From Octopus sinensis (taxonomy: Eukaryota), in NCBI RefSeq assembly GCF_006345805.1, contig NC_043007.1, positions 2,914,001 through 2,978,000 on the forward strand: DNA of 64,000 nt, read 5' to 3'. A program made the position numbers and the translations under genes. The notes under the pieces were generated by a model. The model was not told where the DNA came from. It searched no databases and saw only the letters and a list, made by a program, of their open reading frames with translations. Position 1 is the first letter of the stretch, and every line of letters starts with the position of its first letter. This document shows, piece after piece, positions 11,191 through 24,131 of this stretch.

Positions 11191-14100
11191 TGTTTCTTTA
11201 TTAGCCACACAGGGCTGCACACAGATAGAACAAATTACAAGGTAGAGCTTTTCTTTTGAAGGTTAAAAAAAAAAAAAAAGGAAGGGGGAGTTTCGATCAA
11301 AAGGGATCGTAAAAGGAGAGAAAGAGGACAAAAAAAAAGGGGGGGTTAAAAAAAAAGGGGGGGGGAGGAAAAAAAAATTGATCAATAGGGATCGTTATCA
11401 CAGAAATGTCAATATGAAGTGTAAAGGGGAGACAGTGAGGTTTACCCGTGAAAGAAAAGCCTACGGAAAAGACCACGGTAACCTCGGTCAATGAAGTCAC
11501 ATTTTATATTTCTTTTTTTTTTTTTTTTTTTGCAAATAAGCAACTCTCTGTTTTCGATTTCTGGGTTCATAGACTATGCTCAAGGTGGCTTCGTCATTCA
11601 TACGTGCCATTCTTGCTACATTCACCCATCTTTTTTTAAAATTCGCTAGACAAGCTTGCCTCTCTACTCTCACTTTCCTTTTCAAGTGGTACTTGAAGAA
11701 GTTGATGAGAGATTGACCAGAGAGGAAAGTGTTTGTCTCCAATCCTTTCAGACGCGTCCACCAGATACATTCTTTCGCATAGCCACAAGGATGATGAAAA
11801 TAGCTCTTCCTTCCCGTTTGAAGGAAGGAGGCGTGACAATATTGACGATAGACTCAGCTGATAAACCGACTCGTCCCCACGTGACAGCAGTTGTTCGACA
11901 TAAGCCCACAGGTCGGAAATTGTTGGACACTGAACGAGTGCGTGCAGACGGTTTCGTCGCTCTGACCGCATCTCGGGCAGGTCGGCCCCGTGTTTCTCGA
12001 GCCGTGTCTGTAGAGCTTATCCCGAACGGGTAGCGCTTCTCGTAGCACTGCCAGGCCAGGGATCTCTGGAAGTTGTCCATGGGCCCTGGCCCGAAAGTCG
12101 TCCCGAACAGGCGGGTCAGGTACTCCTCGTCGACGTCCAGGTTCGCCCCGAGCTCGTCGTCGTACCTCCCCTCCACTAAACCCCTATAGAATGCTTTGGT
12201 TGTGTTGAAGTCACTTAAGGTCGACCCAGGACGGCAGAGGTTGCTTGAGAGCAACGCGACACTCGCGGTGCCATTCGCCCTTCCTCGGCCTCTTTTTGAT
12301 CCACGACTGCAGTTCGGCCATGGAGACGAGCTGCGGGAAGCGTGCCTCACAAACGGCGACCACACCTGTTCACCGTCGTCTACATAGAGCCAGAGATGTC
12401 GCAGTCTCAGCGCGTGTCTGCGCATCATCAACCACGGCAAGCCCAGCCCTCCTTTTAACGGGTGTTGACAGCAAATGGATCGCCTGACCATCGGGACGCA
12501 TCCTTTCCACAAGAAGCGAAAGAGGATGCGTTGTAGTTTGGTGATGGTAGGGTCGGGACAATGTACGACGGTCAGGCGGTAGTAGATGACGGACGCGATG
12601 TACGTGTTCGCCACCTCCGCTCGACCTTTTAGGGACAGTTTCCTCTCGGCCCATTGCCGGGCGAGAGTGACCACCCTACTCGTTATCTCGTTCCAGTTCT
12701 TCTCCACTTGGAGGTCCGGACCAAACCAGACCCCGAGCAACTCAACCGGGCCGTCGGTCCAGCGTCCCACGACGGAGGCGCTGGTGGACGGCATGGGCTT
12801 GCTTCTCCAGGTGCCTAGTCGCAGCCACTGACTTTTCCGGTTGATTTTCGCTCCTGTCACCGCTTCGTAGTTTTTCAGTGTCTCGCCGACCAGCTCGATG
12901 TGCTCGTGGCTAGACACTATGACGGTGACGTCGTCCGCGTATGCAGACACGCTCGTCCCGCATCCCAATTCTCGCGGGATGCCCCTTAGAGTCGCCAGCT
13001 TCCGCAGTAGTGGCTCTAGAGTCAATACGTATAGAAGCGCCGAGAGGGGGCATCCCTGACGGACCGAACGTGCAATGTCGAAAGGTCTCGATAGATGTCC
13101 ATTTACGCGAATTACCGGACGGATGCCTCTGTACAAGGCAGCTATCCAGCCGCGGAAGACGGGACCGAAACCAGCCGCTCTCTCAGGACTGCCTCCAAGT
13201 ATCGATGGTCTACCCTATCAAAGGCTTTTGATTGATCCAAGTTGATCAGGGCCCCACCCATGCCAGGTTCGTTAACTACCCTGTCTATGATGTAGCGCAT
13301 CAGATGGAGTTGTCATGGATGGTCCGGCCTGGCACGGCGCATGTTTGCGCCTTGTCGACCAGTTTCTCGATGACAAGCGCCAACCTCTTGGCTAGCACCT
13401 TGGCCAAAATTTTCAAGTCTGCATTAAGCAGAGTGATGGGCCTAAAGTTATCTATTACATTTCCCTTGTTTAGATCTTTCTTTCTTCAGCAGTGTTACGG
13501 CTCCTCGGCTCACAAAACCAGGAATGCTCCCGTTTTGCTGCCAGTTGCAGTACACCGCCGCCAAGAGATCTCCAAACAAGTCTGGCATACAATTGTAAAG
13601 CTCGTAGGGTAGACCATCCAAACCCGGTGATTTGTCCCTCGAGCATTCTGCCATCGCTTCCTGCACTTCCGCCGCCGTGATGGCACCTTCGCAGCACCCT
13701 GCCTTCTTGTCGAGAGTCGTGGTAGGCTATGTAGGTAGGCACTGAAGTCCACCCTACGTTCTTGCCCTCCACTCGTTCCGAACAGTCGGGCAAATGCTGC
13801 TGAAGGCCTCACACATTTTACTTGGCTCGAGCAATTCGCGCCCCTGTTCATCTACCAGTGACCGAATGGTGGCTTTGTTGCCCTGTTGCGCCTCTGCCAC
13901 CCGGGCCTCTCTCGCGGCTCCAACACCTTCGTTCCTTAGAGCACGCATCCTAGCTCTGACAGCACATCCTTCGTGTTTGGCGTTGAAGTGTTGGTCGAGG
14001 GCCAACCTCGCCGCCAAAACGTCGGATGCGATGCCGCTTCTAATTGCCTCTTCTAGCTTCTTAACTAGCTCACCCTCTACTCTATTTCTATCTATGGCTA

Positions 14101-15028
14101 GTGCTTTGCTGTACCTAATCGCTTCTGCTTTTACTGCTCTCTTGAGGGCAAACCACCATTTGTTGTTGATGATGGCTCCCGTCAAAGCCCTCTTTACTAG
14201 TGTGCTAATCCGGTCTCTGAAAACTTGTCTCGATGGGAAAGACGCGTTTAGTTTCCAGTATCCGGGACCCTGCCTAAGTGTCTTACTTACCTAAGTCTAG
14301 CGTACATGTCACAAGTTTGTGATCCGTGTAGCTGACTATGTGGAATTGTGACATCCTATGCTATCTCTATCTACTGTCCTACACAGTATCCTATCTAGAT
14401 ACGATCTCGACGACCCGATGCGGTTGCTCCATGTCCACGTTGGCGCATTCGGGTGGTCTAGTCGGAACCTGTCAGACAGTTGAAAGCAGACCTGTCAGAC
14501 AGTCTCTGAGGCATTGCATCCCCGTCTATTCTATCTCTACTACCACACGTAGTCTACATGCGTGTCCAAGGTAACATTCCAATCCCCCACTAAGAGTAAA
14601 GGACGAGACGTTCCCAAGAAAACTTCTAGACGTTGAAAGAAATCCGCCCGACCTGTTAAGGGCGGTGTGTAAACTGATACGAGTCGAAAAGCGCACCCAT
14701 TGCTGCCGTCGACATCCAGGACGACCAGTCTACCCTCCGGGTCTACGAATATTGTCCTTACATTGAGATCCAGACTCTTGTGAAAAAGTACCGCGGTGCC
14801 ACTACCGCCCATTCTCGGCAGACAGGGGGAAAATAAATGTTGAACTGTCCGCCAAACATGGTCTTTAGGGCCCGCGGATTGTGGAGTCTGGTCTCGCTTA
14901 TGGCTATGATTTCTAACTTATGTGACTTTATGTCATTTAAGAGGTACCCTTGTTTCCAAGGGGACCCCAAGCCACGCGCATTTACACAACCAATCTTGAT
15001 CATAGTTCTAATGAATTAGAATACAGAG
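11191..15028 (-). mobile_element. Tx1/L1-type non-LTR retrotransposon, ORF2 plus 3' UTR only
   Basis: APE endonuclease start MIKIGCVNARGL...ISETRL, GDWN, PGYWKL, QGCPLS, YADD, C-terminal CPRC..H..C. The 3' end is a stem-loop followed by aataaagaaa. Confidence 0.93.
11565..15003 (-). pseudogene. Tx1 ORF2 (APE endonuclease, reverse transcriptase, zinc finger), frameshifted in this sequence
   Basis: ORF track pieces 14758-15003, 14540-14812, 13754-14185, 13448-13666, 11748-13136, 11636-11971 and 11497-11742 are consecutive parts of one ORF2. Confidence 0.9.
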
Positions 15029-15171
<143 letters not shown>

Positions 15172-15189
15172 TTATTTATTTATTTATTG

Positions 15190-15440
15190 ATATGAATAAG
15201 TTTGGTTGATGGAAACTCTGTGAAGGCGCACCGTAAATTTGTGCATTTCTTTATGTTTGTGTCTGTCGTCGAACGTTTGACAACAGGAGTTGGTTTGTCT
15301 ACGTCTCTGTAACTTAGCGGTTCACAAAACAGACAGATATATTAAATCACGAATTTTAAAATATGAGCTGGAATCGGTATATTCAACTTAATTCACTGAA
15401 GCGTTTCTCCAAGAGGGCCACAGTGCAATAACTGAAAGAG
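15190..15440 (+). mobile_element. degenerate 3' half of a SINE (family of 1154-1578)
   Basis: ggaaactctgtgaag...gtaacttagcggttc...ggccacagtgcaataactgaaa. Confidence 0.55.
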
Positions 15441-16306
15441 AAGAAAAAAAATCAAGAAAACAGGATGAATAATTATATTGAAATCATAAATTTTTGTTTA
15501 CCAACAACGAAAATGCATCTAAAACTAATTATTAGACCCTCTCTTCATTGAATATTGAAACATCATCCAACGAAAATTAAAGCCAGCATCTGACATTTTA
15601 ATTTCCTTCCTACTTACATCTTCTCTATCCATTTGTATCCATTACAAACTTAGAATATTCTTTCTTCATACGTTTCCTCTCCTGTTTATTTCATGATTTC
15701 TAGTTTAAACGAACAAAATAACTTATCCTTCCGATTTTCATCTTTCACCTGACACGGCACAATTTAAAGGCTTTAATCTGTTTTCATCTACTTCCCAGCC
15801 ACGATCTCATCAATCAACTACAAATAATTAGGCACAAAAAGAAATGTTTATGCATAGATGTACATGATTGTATCTGTACACAGACACACACAGACGCACA
15901 CACACACACATACAGACACACAACGAGCGCACACACTTTGATATGTGCTTTAAAACACACGCCCCACCATACTTCCATGTGAAATTACTTGTCACTTGAT
16001 TACAATGAAATGTGTTAACTTGTCCGTTCGTTATTTATTAAAATGTCTTATGGGTCGTTAATCAACTTTATATATTTATCTCTCCAAAGATTCAAAGATT
16101 ATTCTATTTTCGCGTTTGCTGCCATGTGTTACCAAATGTTTCCATCACTTCGAAAATTACGATCATTCGACGCCAAATTAGTTCTTCCCGAACAATACAT
16201 TTGTAGCTATTTGTAAACATTTGAGGAGTTATTGTCCATGCCACTCAAAGTCAGAAGAACGTATTAACCACAACATGGACGAATGGCTACTATTTGAGGA
16301 ATGAAA

Positions 16307-16520
16307 GGCAGCCAGGTGGCAGAATCGTTACCGCTGCGGGAAAAATGCTTAGCGACATTTAGTCCATCCTCACGTTGTGAGTTCAAATTCCACCGACGTC
16401 CACTTTGCCTTTCATCCTTTCAGAATCGATAAAAATGTACCAGTTATGCACTGGAATCGATGTAATCGGGTTACTCCCGCCCTTGAAATAACTGGTGTTG
16501 TGTCAAAATTTAAAACAAAT
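16307..16520 (+). mobile_element. degenerate tRNA-headed SINE (ggcggcgagctggcagaa family, type-2 tail)
   Basis: gagttcaaattcc...actttgcctttcatcctttc...gataaa body. Confidence 0.7.
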
Positions 16521-17349
16521 ATTTGGCACACGACTTGAGTTCTACATCCGCAACCCACTGGCTAGGCAATTTCCCGTTTATTGAGCTGGCCCGCGTGATT
16601 TGATTTGCTGTAGATTAGAGGTACCACTCTGAATTACTATAGACTTTAATTCCTTCTCTACAAGAGATGGTTAATAAAGCTCTTCAAAATCGAATGTATA
16701 ATCGTAATCAAGTGTTTTCTTGATATTGTTAACCTCACAATTGAAAACATCCACGAGGCTATGGCCACGGAACTGCAGTTCCACCGCTATAAATTTGTTT
16801 CCCCGCACCGACAGGAAGCAAATTCCTCCGATCCTCAATTCTTGACTATTATACATCCATTTCTAAATCGTAAGACTTTGTGAGAAGAGTCAGTACAATC
16901 AATGATTAAGATGCCGTGATAAATTGGAAGCTTGAAAGTCGGTATGATAGTACGACCATTCCTAATGTCGTTCTTCCGCTTTTCCCTCCTACATTTTCAT
17001 TCCCTTTATATATACTTTTCAATCCTTTCTTTTCTATCTCTTTTTCTTCGTTTGTATAAAACGAGGTTATAATATTTTTTTAAAAACATGAATTTGCTTC
17101 AGTTCGCTCTGCAAACAGACACCTGCTGCGTAACAGCGACGGCTATTTGTACTGTAAGGCTAAAATGTATGTTTATCAAATTATGCATCTCGATGTATTG
17201 ATACTTTATTCCGCAACAACACCCTCTCATTCATATTATTAACATCAGTTTATATAGTATTACAAATACAGAGTCGTAAGAAAATAGATAGTTAGCTTCA
17301 CAAAACTCACACGCACAAGCAGTCACAAACACTCACACCCATCCATCCA

Positions 17350-17394
<45 letters not shown>

Positions 17395-17467
17395 GTACAT
17401 ATATGTATGTATATGTGTACATATATATATGTATTTATGTATGTATGTATGTATATGTGTATGTGTG

Positions 17468-17528
<61 letters not shown>

Positions 17529-18138
17529 TCACGCACACTCACATTTACATATACATACAAGCATGCATACATAAATATATATACGTGCATGTATGTATAA
17601 ATGTGTTGCTTGTCTTTAGGTGTATCAACGTGTATGTATACGCGTTATTATTTATAACTTTGTACCTGAAGACAAACCCATTAATTGTGTTCGCACGTAA
17701 AATTGTTGCTTGTACAGAATGTATTCTCGGGGGATTTTCGCCAAAATACTTTTATATAACAGGTTTTATAGTCTATATTTAGAAAGAAACTTTGCTAAAT
17801 ATAGTTTGTATAAAACCATCCTGTAAGAAACACAATTGCCTTTAAGGTATTTAGAAATAACTCTATTAACTTCTATTTTTTTTTTTTTGGAATCTTTATG
17901 CACTGCCCATACAATAGGAAGTGCAATTTTTATAGCCTGTCATAAACAGTATTGTAAACAATTATTTTCTAAAAATTATTATGATCAGTCTCAAATTGAA
18001 AAAAAGCTCTACCAACCAATGATTGCGACGATAAGAATTTTAACTCGAACCTGTGTGTTTCTGGGTTCATTGTTACGCTGCGGTAACTTGAACAACCGTG
18101 TCAATACATGGATATAAACTCAGAGTTTGTAAGTCTAA

Positions 18139-18450
18139 GGCGGCGAGCTGGCAGAAACGTTAGCACGCTGGGTGTAATGCTTAGCAGTATTTCGTCTGTC
18201 ACTACGTTCTGAGTTCAAATTCCGCCGAGGTTGACTTTGCCTTTCATCCTTTCGGGGTCGATAAATTAAGTACCAGTTACGCGCTGGGGTCGATGTAATC
18301 GACGTAATCCGTTTGTCTGTCCTTGTTTGTTCTCTCTGTGTTTAGCCCCTTGTGGGTAGTAAAGAAATAGGTATTTCATCTGCCACTACGTTCCGAGTAC
18401 AAATGCCACCGTTCCGAGTACAAATGCCACCGTTCCGAGTACAAATGCCA
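18139..18450 (+). mobile_element. tRNA-headed SINE with Tx1-type tail, then a second partial head ending in a 21-bp triplication
   Basis: ggcggcgagctggcagaa head, tail gccccttgtgggtagtaaagaaat at 18345-18368, re-entry into the head at gtatttc, and three copies of cgttccgagtacaaatgccac. Confidence 0.85.
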
Positions 18451-20094
18451 ATTTGCAAGGCGAAGTTCTCATCAGCGGAAACGCCAAAACATTAATATAT
18501 AAATTAGAAACCAAATAACACGTATGTCATCCTTATATATTATAATTTTTAAAATCCACCGCGGAAGCACAGTTTCAATCGGCAGAAAATAAAAAATCCG
18601 ATTTGCCTTTCATTCTTTCGGGGTCGATAAATTAAGCACCAGTCATGTACCTCCCCCAAAATTTCAGGCCTTGTACTTACAGCAGATAGGATCATTTTTC
18701 TGTGAGTCTATGGCGGTAAGCTCGGGGAATGATTACTGCACCGGGAAGAATACTTGGCAGCTTTTCGTCAGTCTTAAGGTTCTGAGTTCAAATTTTGTCG
18801 AGGTTGACTTTGCCTTTAACCCTTTCACATTAAAGGAAATAACACATTCTGACAGATAGACGACACAAAAGCGGACAGGTAAAAAACATCTCAAAATTGT
18901 ACGATACTAGAATTCTTGATTGATGCCATTACCATTTCCATTTTCATGTTTACAAGTTTATTATCCCTATTTAAACAGCATAGACAACGATGTACGCATT
19001 TTACAATTCTCCGATATTTATATGCAAATGACCCTGTGATTCATTTCTGGTTTGCTTAAATCTAATCATGCACGTTTTATGTGGCAAATTGAATATTCCT
19101 TCAAGAGTGAACTGCAAAACAGTTAGTCACAGATGTAGGGAAATGCAGTTTTAGTGATAAGAACATTAAACAGCTATGATTATGTTAAAATATTCATTAA
19201 TAAATAAGAAATGATGATAATGAAAATTATTATCATTATTTCTTATTTATTAATGAATATTTTAATATAATCATAGCTGTTTAGTAAATAATAAATAATC
19301 GTTAATTATGAGGGATTACTTTGACGCATATTACTTTTATTCGAAGGTTCCATGTTTAAATGTACCGTTTGCATATACTGGCAGTATCGCCCGGCGTTGC
19401 TCGGGTTTGTTTCGACCCTTTAGAATTGGAATTTTTGAAGAGTAATAATTATGTATTATGTTGCTTGTTAGTCTCTTTAAGTGAACATTTTTCTGGTTGA
19501 AATACACCGGAAAATGGCAACATAGCAGTTTTCTATAATAAAGGAGAAGTCATATAGTTTGCCTCCACCCCAATTTCTCTTAGGGTAAGGAACCTGCCCA
19601 AGATTTTAAGATTCTCAAGGCAAACTTCCTTAAGAGTCATAAATATTACACAATTTGTAATGAATACTCCATAAAGTTCTAGTCAGTAATGCCCAACTTG
19701 GCCTCTATCATGGCATCTATCAACAGAAGCAAATTAAGAGGGCAAATGCAAGAGGAGTTCTCCCACATCACTGGTTATAGCAATGCAAAGGGTATTGTTG
19801 GATGACTGTTGACTTGCTGTTTGTTAAAAAAAAAATTGTTAACTGCTTCGCAGGACATTAAGCTTTCCTCTACAGGGGAAGATTTGAACATTGTTTTTGT
19901 GAACTGCAACTTATTTGAATGAAAGTTATCATTTGTGAGAATTATTAAAGAAAAAAAAAAACAAAAAAAATCCTATTCTCCTTTAAGAAATTTATTAAGA
20001 AATGGTTTTAAAAAAAAAAAAAAAAATGGCAAATCCTGACATGGAAACAATAAAGGAGCAAATGGCTCTTGAAGTTGAAGAAATAATGGAGTAA

Positions 20095-23000
20095 CCCAGG
20101 GGGGAAAACCATCCCCACCCAACCACGGTTCCCCACAAAAAGAGAAGCCCCCACCCAATCCACCCCCACCCCTCAGTGCCGAGCATTACCCCTCCATTTC
20201 AACCCCCTCCTCGTGTTCCCCCCCATCATACTCCCCGGGGTCCTCCCCATCACCCCCACAAAGCCCACAAAAAAGCAGATTTACAGAAGCCCAAATAGTA
20301 TATGCGGCAATAGACAAAAATAATGACCGACTTAAAAGTGGAATGGGAAATATCCCAAGCGCAGAAAGGGTGAAAACCCACAGAAATCTACAAAAAAATG
20401 TAGAAATTTATAAATTGGACTTACGGAACTTTAACATGTTAAATGCACAGTTCGCAGGGGACATAAAGGGTCCGCGACTCGGAGTGGACGAGACACTGAT
20501 TAATGTGGACTTCCCCGCCACGACCACGGAATAAAGGTAAGTAATGTCTCATATTCGTGTAGGGTGTTTGAATGTGCGTGGCCTGATGCAGAGCTGGAAG
20601 CAAGGGCGCTTCCTAAATGACATCAGGTCACGGGATTTAGATGTTGTCGTTGCCACAGAAACCCGGTTAAAGGGGCCAAGAGATCTGCTCCCGCTGTTCG
20701 GCGGTTACGAGAGTGTCATCTCTCCGAACCCGTCGGTCAGCGGAAGCGGGGTGTTGGTCCTGTGTAAAAAGAACCGGGTTCTGAGAAAAAGTTGATTTTT
20801 ACGGATCCGGAAGGTAGGCTGGTCGTCGTTGAGTTGACGTTCAGTAGCCGTAAGACAATCAGGCTGGTTGCGGTTTACGCTCCCCCCAGTAAGGGGAAAA
20901 GTGATTATTATCGGAACCTGGAGAAGTTTCTGAGTAATCGTGCCCAGTAGTAATGTTAGGGGACTTCAACACAATCTGCGATGTGCGGGTAGACTGTGAA
21001 GGCTCGCGAACAGACAGAAAAGGAAATACTTGCTTCCTGGATCTACTAAGACGTTTTGAGCTGGTAGATCCATATAGACTGGAACATCCGGGCGCTCCAC
21101 TGTGGACGTGGTCAAATAGCGACGGATCGGCAAAGTCGTATATAGACAGGATATTAATTAGGAAGGTAGATAAGAACCTAGTTAAGAGTCCACAACTCCA
21201 TATAGTCAGCTACAGTGACCACAAGATGGTCACCTGTAGGCTAGACGTAGATAAGATAACTAGAGGTCCTGGTTACTGGAAACTTAATACGTCCCTTTTG
21301 GCGATTAAGGAGTACAGGGACAGGATTAGGTTAATAATCCAGAGGGCCATGACCGGCTCCATTTGTAACAACAAATGGTGGTATGCCCTTAAGCGAGCCA
21401 TAAAATATGAGTCCGTTAGATATAGTACTAACATGTAGCTAGAGAGGCTAGAAGGGTAACTGCACTAGTTAAGGACTTAGAGGAAGCAATGCGAACTGGC
21501 AATGCAGACCAGGTGAAGGTCAAGAGACTGGTTCTTAACCAGCACCTCGAAGCCCAACACATGGGTTGCATTGTCAGGGCTAGACAACGTGCGATGGGGA
21601 GCGAAGGAATCAAGGCTGCAGGATGGGCCCGAGTGGTGGAAGCCCAACGTGGCAATGATGCTACAATTCGATCTCTGGCGAACCAACAAGGTATGTTGAC
21701 AGACGAGCCCGAGGAGATGTGTCAAGCTTTTCAGGACCACTTCGCCCAGCTTTTCGGGGGGAGCGGCGGACCGGATAGGGGGAGGGACCTTACGGACCTC
21801 CTCGACGGGCTGCCGCGCCTCTCGGGGCAGGATGCGAAGTATAGTGAGGAGCCGATCACACCTGGGGAGGTAATAGAGGCCATGGCGGACTGCGGTGCAG
21901 GTAAGGCGCCGGGACTGGATGGTCTACCATACGAGCTTTATAAAAGTATGCCGGACTTGTTCGGGGACTTACTGACGGGCGTCTACGCAAACTGGCAGCA
22001 GAATGGGTTATCCCCAGATGTGCGCCGGGGAGTGGTGACGCTAATCAGGAAGGACCAGAGCAAGGGGGACGTAATAGATAATTTCAGGCCCATCACTCTG
22101 CTTAACGCAGAGTGAAGATTTTGGCCAAAGTGTTATCGAACAGATTGGCGCGTGTCGCGAATGGACTGATTGGGAAAGCGCAAACGTGCGCCGTACCGGG
22201 CAGAGCCATTCAGGATAATCTCCATCTAATTAGATACACGATAGAGGGAATAAATAACGATCTCGGCAAGGGAGGGGCAGTGGTCCATTTAGACCAGTCT
22301 AAAGCGTTCGATAGGGTCGACCATCACTACCTGGTGTCCGTTCTGGCTCAGTTCGGCCTGGGTCTTGGCTTCCTCAGGTGGATCATCGAAATGTATGACA
22401 ACGCCGACTCGGTAGTTCAGGTGAACGGCTTTCTTTCTAAGCCGTTCAAGGTCAAACGCTCGGTTCGCCAGGGATGTCCGCTCTCCCCGCTTTTGTATGT
22501 AGTGGCCCTGGAGCCGCTGCTGCGAAGACTGAGCGGCATCCCGAGGCAACCAGGACGTGATATGTCGGTTTCGGCGTACGCGGATGACATCACTATCATC
22601 GTGACTGAAGTGGACCACCTACGTAAAGTAGGCAAGGCCATAGAGGGTTACGAGACGGTGACAGGAGCAAAAGTTAATCGTGAAAAGTCGGTCGGCTTGC
22701 AACTCGGCACCTGGAGAGGCAAGTCGATGCCTCCAGACAGCGTCGTGGGACGTTGGACGGAGGGCCCGATTAAGTTGCTCGGGGTCTGGTTCGGTCCGGA
22801 CCTCCAAATAGAGAAGAACTGGAGCGAGGTATCGAGCAAGGTGGCTGCAATAGTCAAGATTTGGTCTTGCCGGTGGTTATCCTTGAAAGGTAGGGCGGAG
22901 GTGGCCAATGTGTTTATAGCATCGGTGATCACCTACCGCCTTGCCGTCGTGCCTTGCCCGGATTCGTGGTTGATCAAGTTGGAGAGACAGCTCTTCGCTT

Positions 23001-24131
23001 TTGTGGAAGGGCTCGAAACCGCTTGTGAGACGCTCTGTCTGCTGTCAAAAACCGTTACAGGGTGGACTAGGGATGCCGTGGCTAATGATGCGCAGAAATG
23101 CGCTGAGGCTAAGGCACCTGTGGCTCCATCTGGGTAGTGAACGGGTGTGGTCTCCGCTGGCGAAACAGATGTTCCCCAGGTTCACCAGTTTCGGTGGCCG
23201 GGAGGCCTGGTATAATCGCAGATCGAAGTTGGGCACGTGGTATACGGAGTGTCGCAAGGCACTCCGACTATTCCGTCGCTCGGGTAATGCCTGTGGCAGT
23301 GGTTCTACCGCTGTGTTTTATAGAGGGTTTGTAGAGGCCGGTAACGATGATACGGGGGGGGAAGCCTAGGTTTCGACGATAATCAGCTGGCCAGTCTGTT
23401 CCAAAGTACATTTGGGCCGAAGACACTGGACAATTTCCAGAAGTCTTTGGCTTGGCAGTGCTACCGAGGAGCCTTACCTGTTCGGGACAAGCTTGCAAGG
23501 CACGGTTGCCAAGTCAGCCCGACCTGTACGAGGTGTGGGCGAGAACGGGAAAACGTCTCGCACGCGATCGTGCAGTGTTCGGGGGTGAAAGATATGTGGG
23601 ATTGTGCCGAACAACTAATGTCAGGTGAACGAAGAGTACAGCTATCAGCCGAATCTATTGTAAAAATCAGCCCACCTGATTTCTTAACGAAAGAAGGTAA
23701 GTTTTGTTTTCTCGCCGTGGTTTCAACTGCGAAACAGGCAGTATGGAAGACAAGGATGAAAGGAATGATAACAGGCGACTTCATCTCGGTTCAAGTCTGG
23801 TGGAATATTTTAAATTCCACCTGAAAAGACATATAGACTGGAGAGAAGGAGCCGAGTAAGAAAGTGTTTTATGAAAGATGGAAAAATGTGCAGAGTAAAA
23901 GATCCCTCACAAATGTGAGATAGGAAGAAAAAGAAAACCACAAGGCTAAGTGTCGTGGCGGGGAGCATGGGGTCGCGAACCGCCCCACTGCATCTTGTAA
24001 TTTTGTTGTGTCTATTGTATAATCATTCGATTTTTATTCATTTTCGACCCCAAACGTTCATAATAATTTTTTTTCATCATTCGTGATTGTATGTATTCTC
24101 TATGTCGCCCCTAGTGGGTAATAAAGAAATC
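20095..24131 (+). mobile_element. 5'-truncated Tx1/L1-type LINE with 16-bp TSD
   Basis: TSD agaaataatggagtaa at 20079-20094 and 24132-24147. ORF1 C-terminus ends at 20534, ORF2 starts at 20544, tail gcccctagtgggtaataaagaaat. Confidence 0.93.
20544..23923 (+). pseudogene. Tx1 ORF2 (APE endonuclease, reverse transcriptase, zinc finger), frameshifted in this sequence
   Basis: MSHIRVGCLNVRGL...ETRL, LGDFN, SDH, GPGYWKLN, PGLDGLP, LDQSKAFDRV, QGCPLSP, YADD, CTRC...HAIVQC. Confidence 0.92.

Noticed and set aside
11656-14294. Plus-strand ORFs such as 11656-12033, 12586-12831 and 13794-14294 (and minus-strand ORFs in 21428-23784)
   Set aside because: They are antisense shadows of Tx1 ORF2.
18389-18450. 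21-bp direct repeats as a CRISPR array
   Set aside because: No spacers, derived from the SINE B-box, and the context is eukaryotic.
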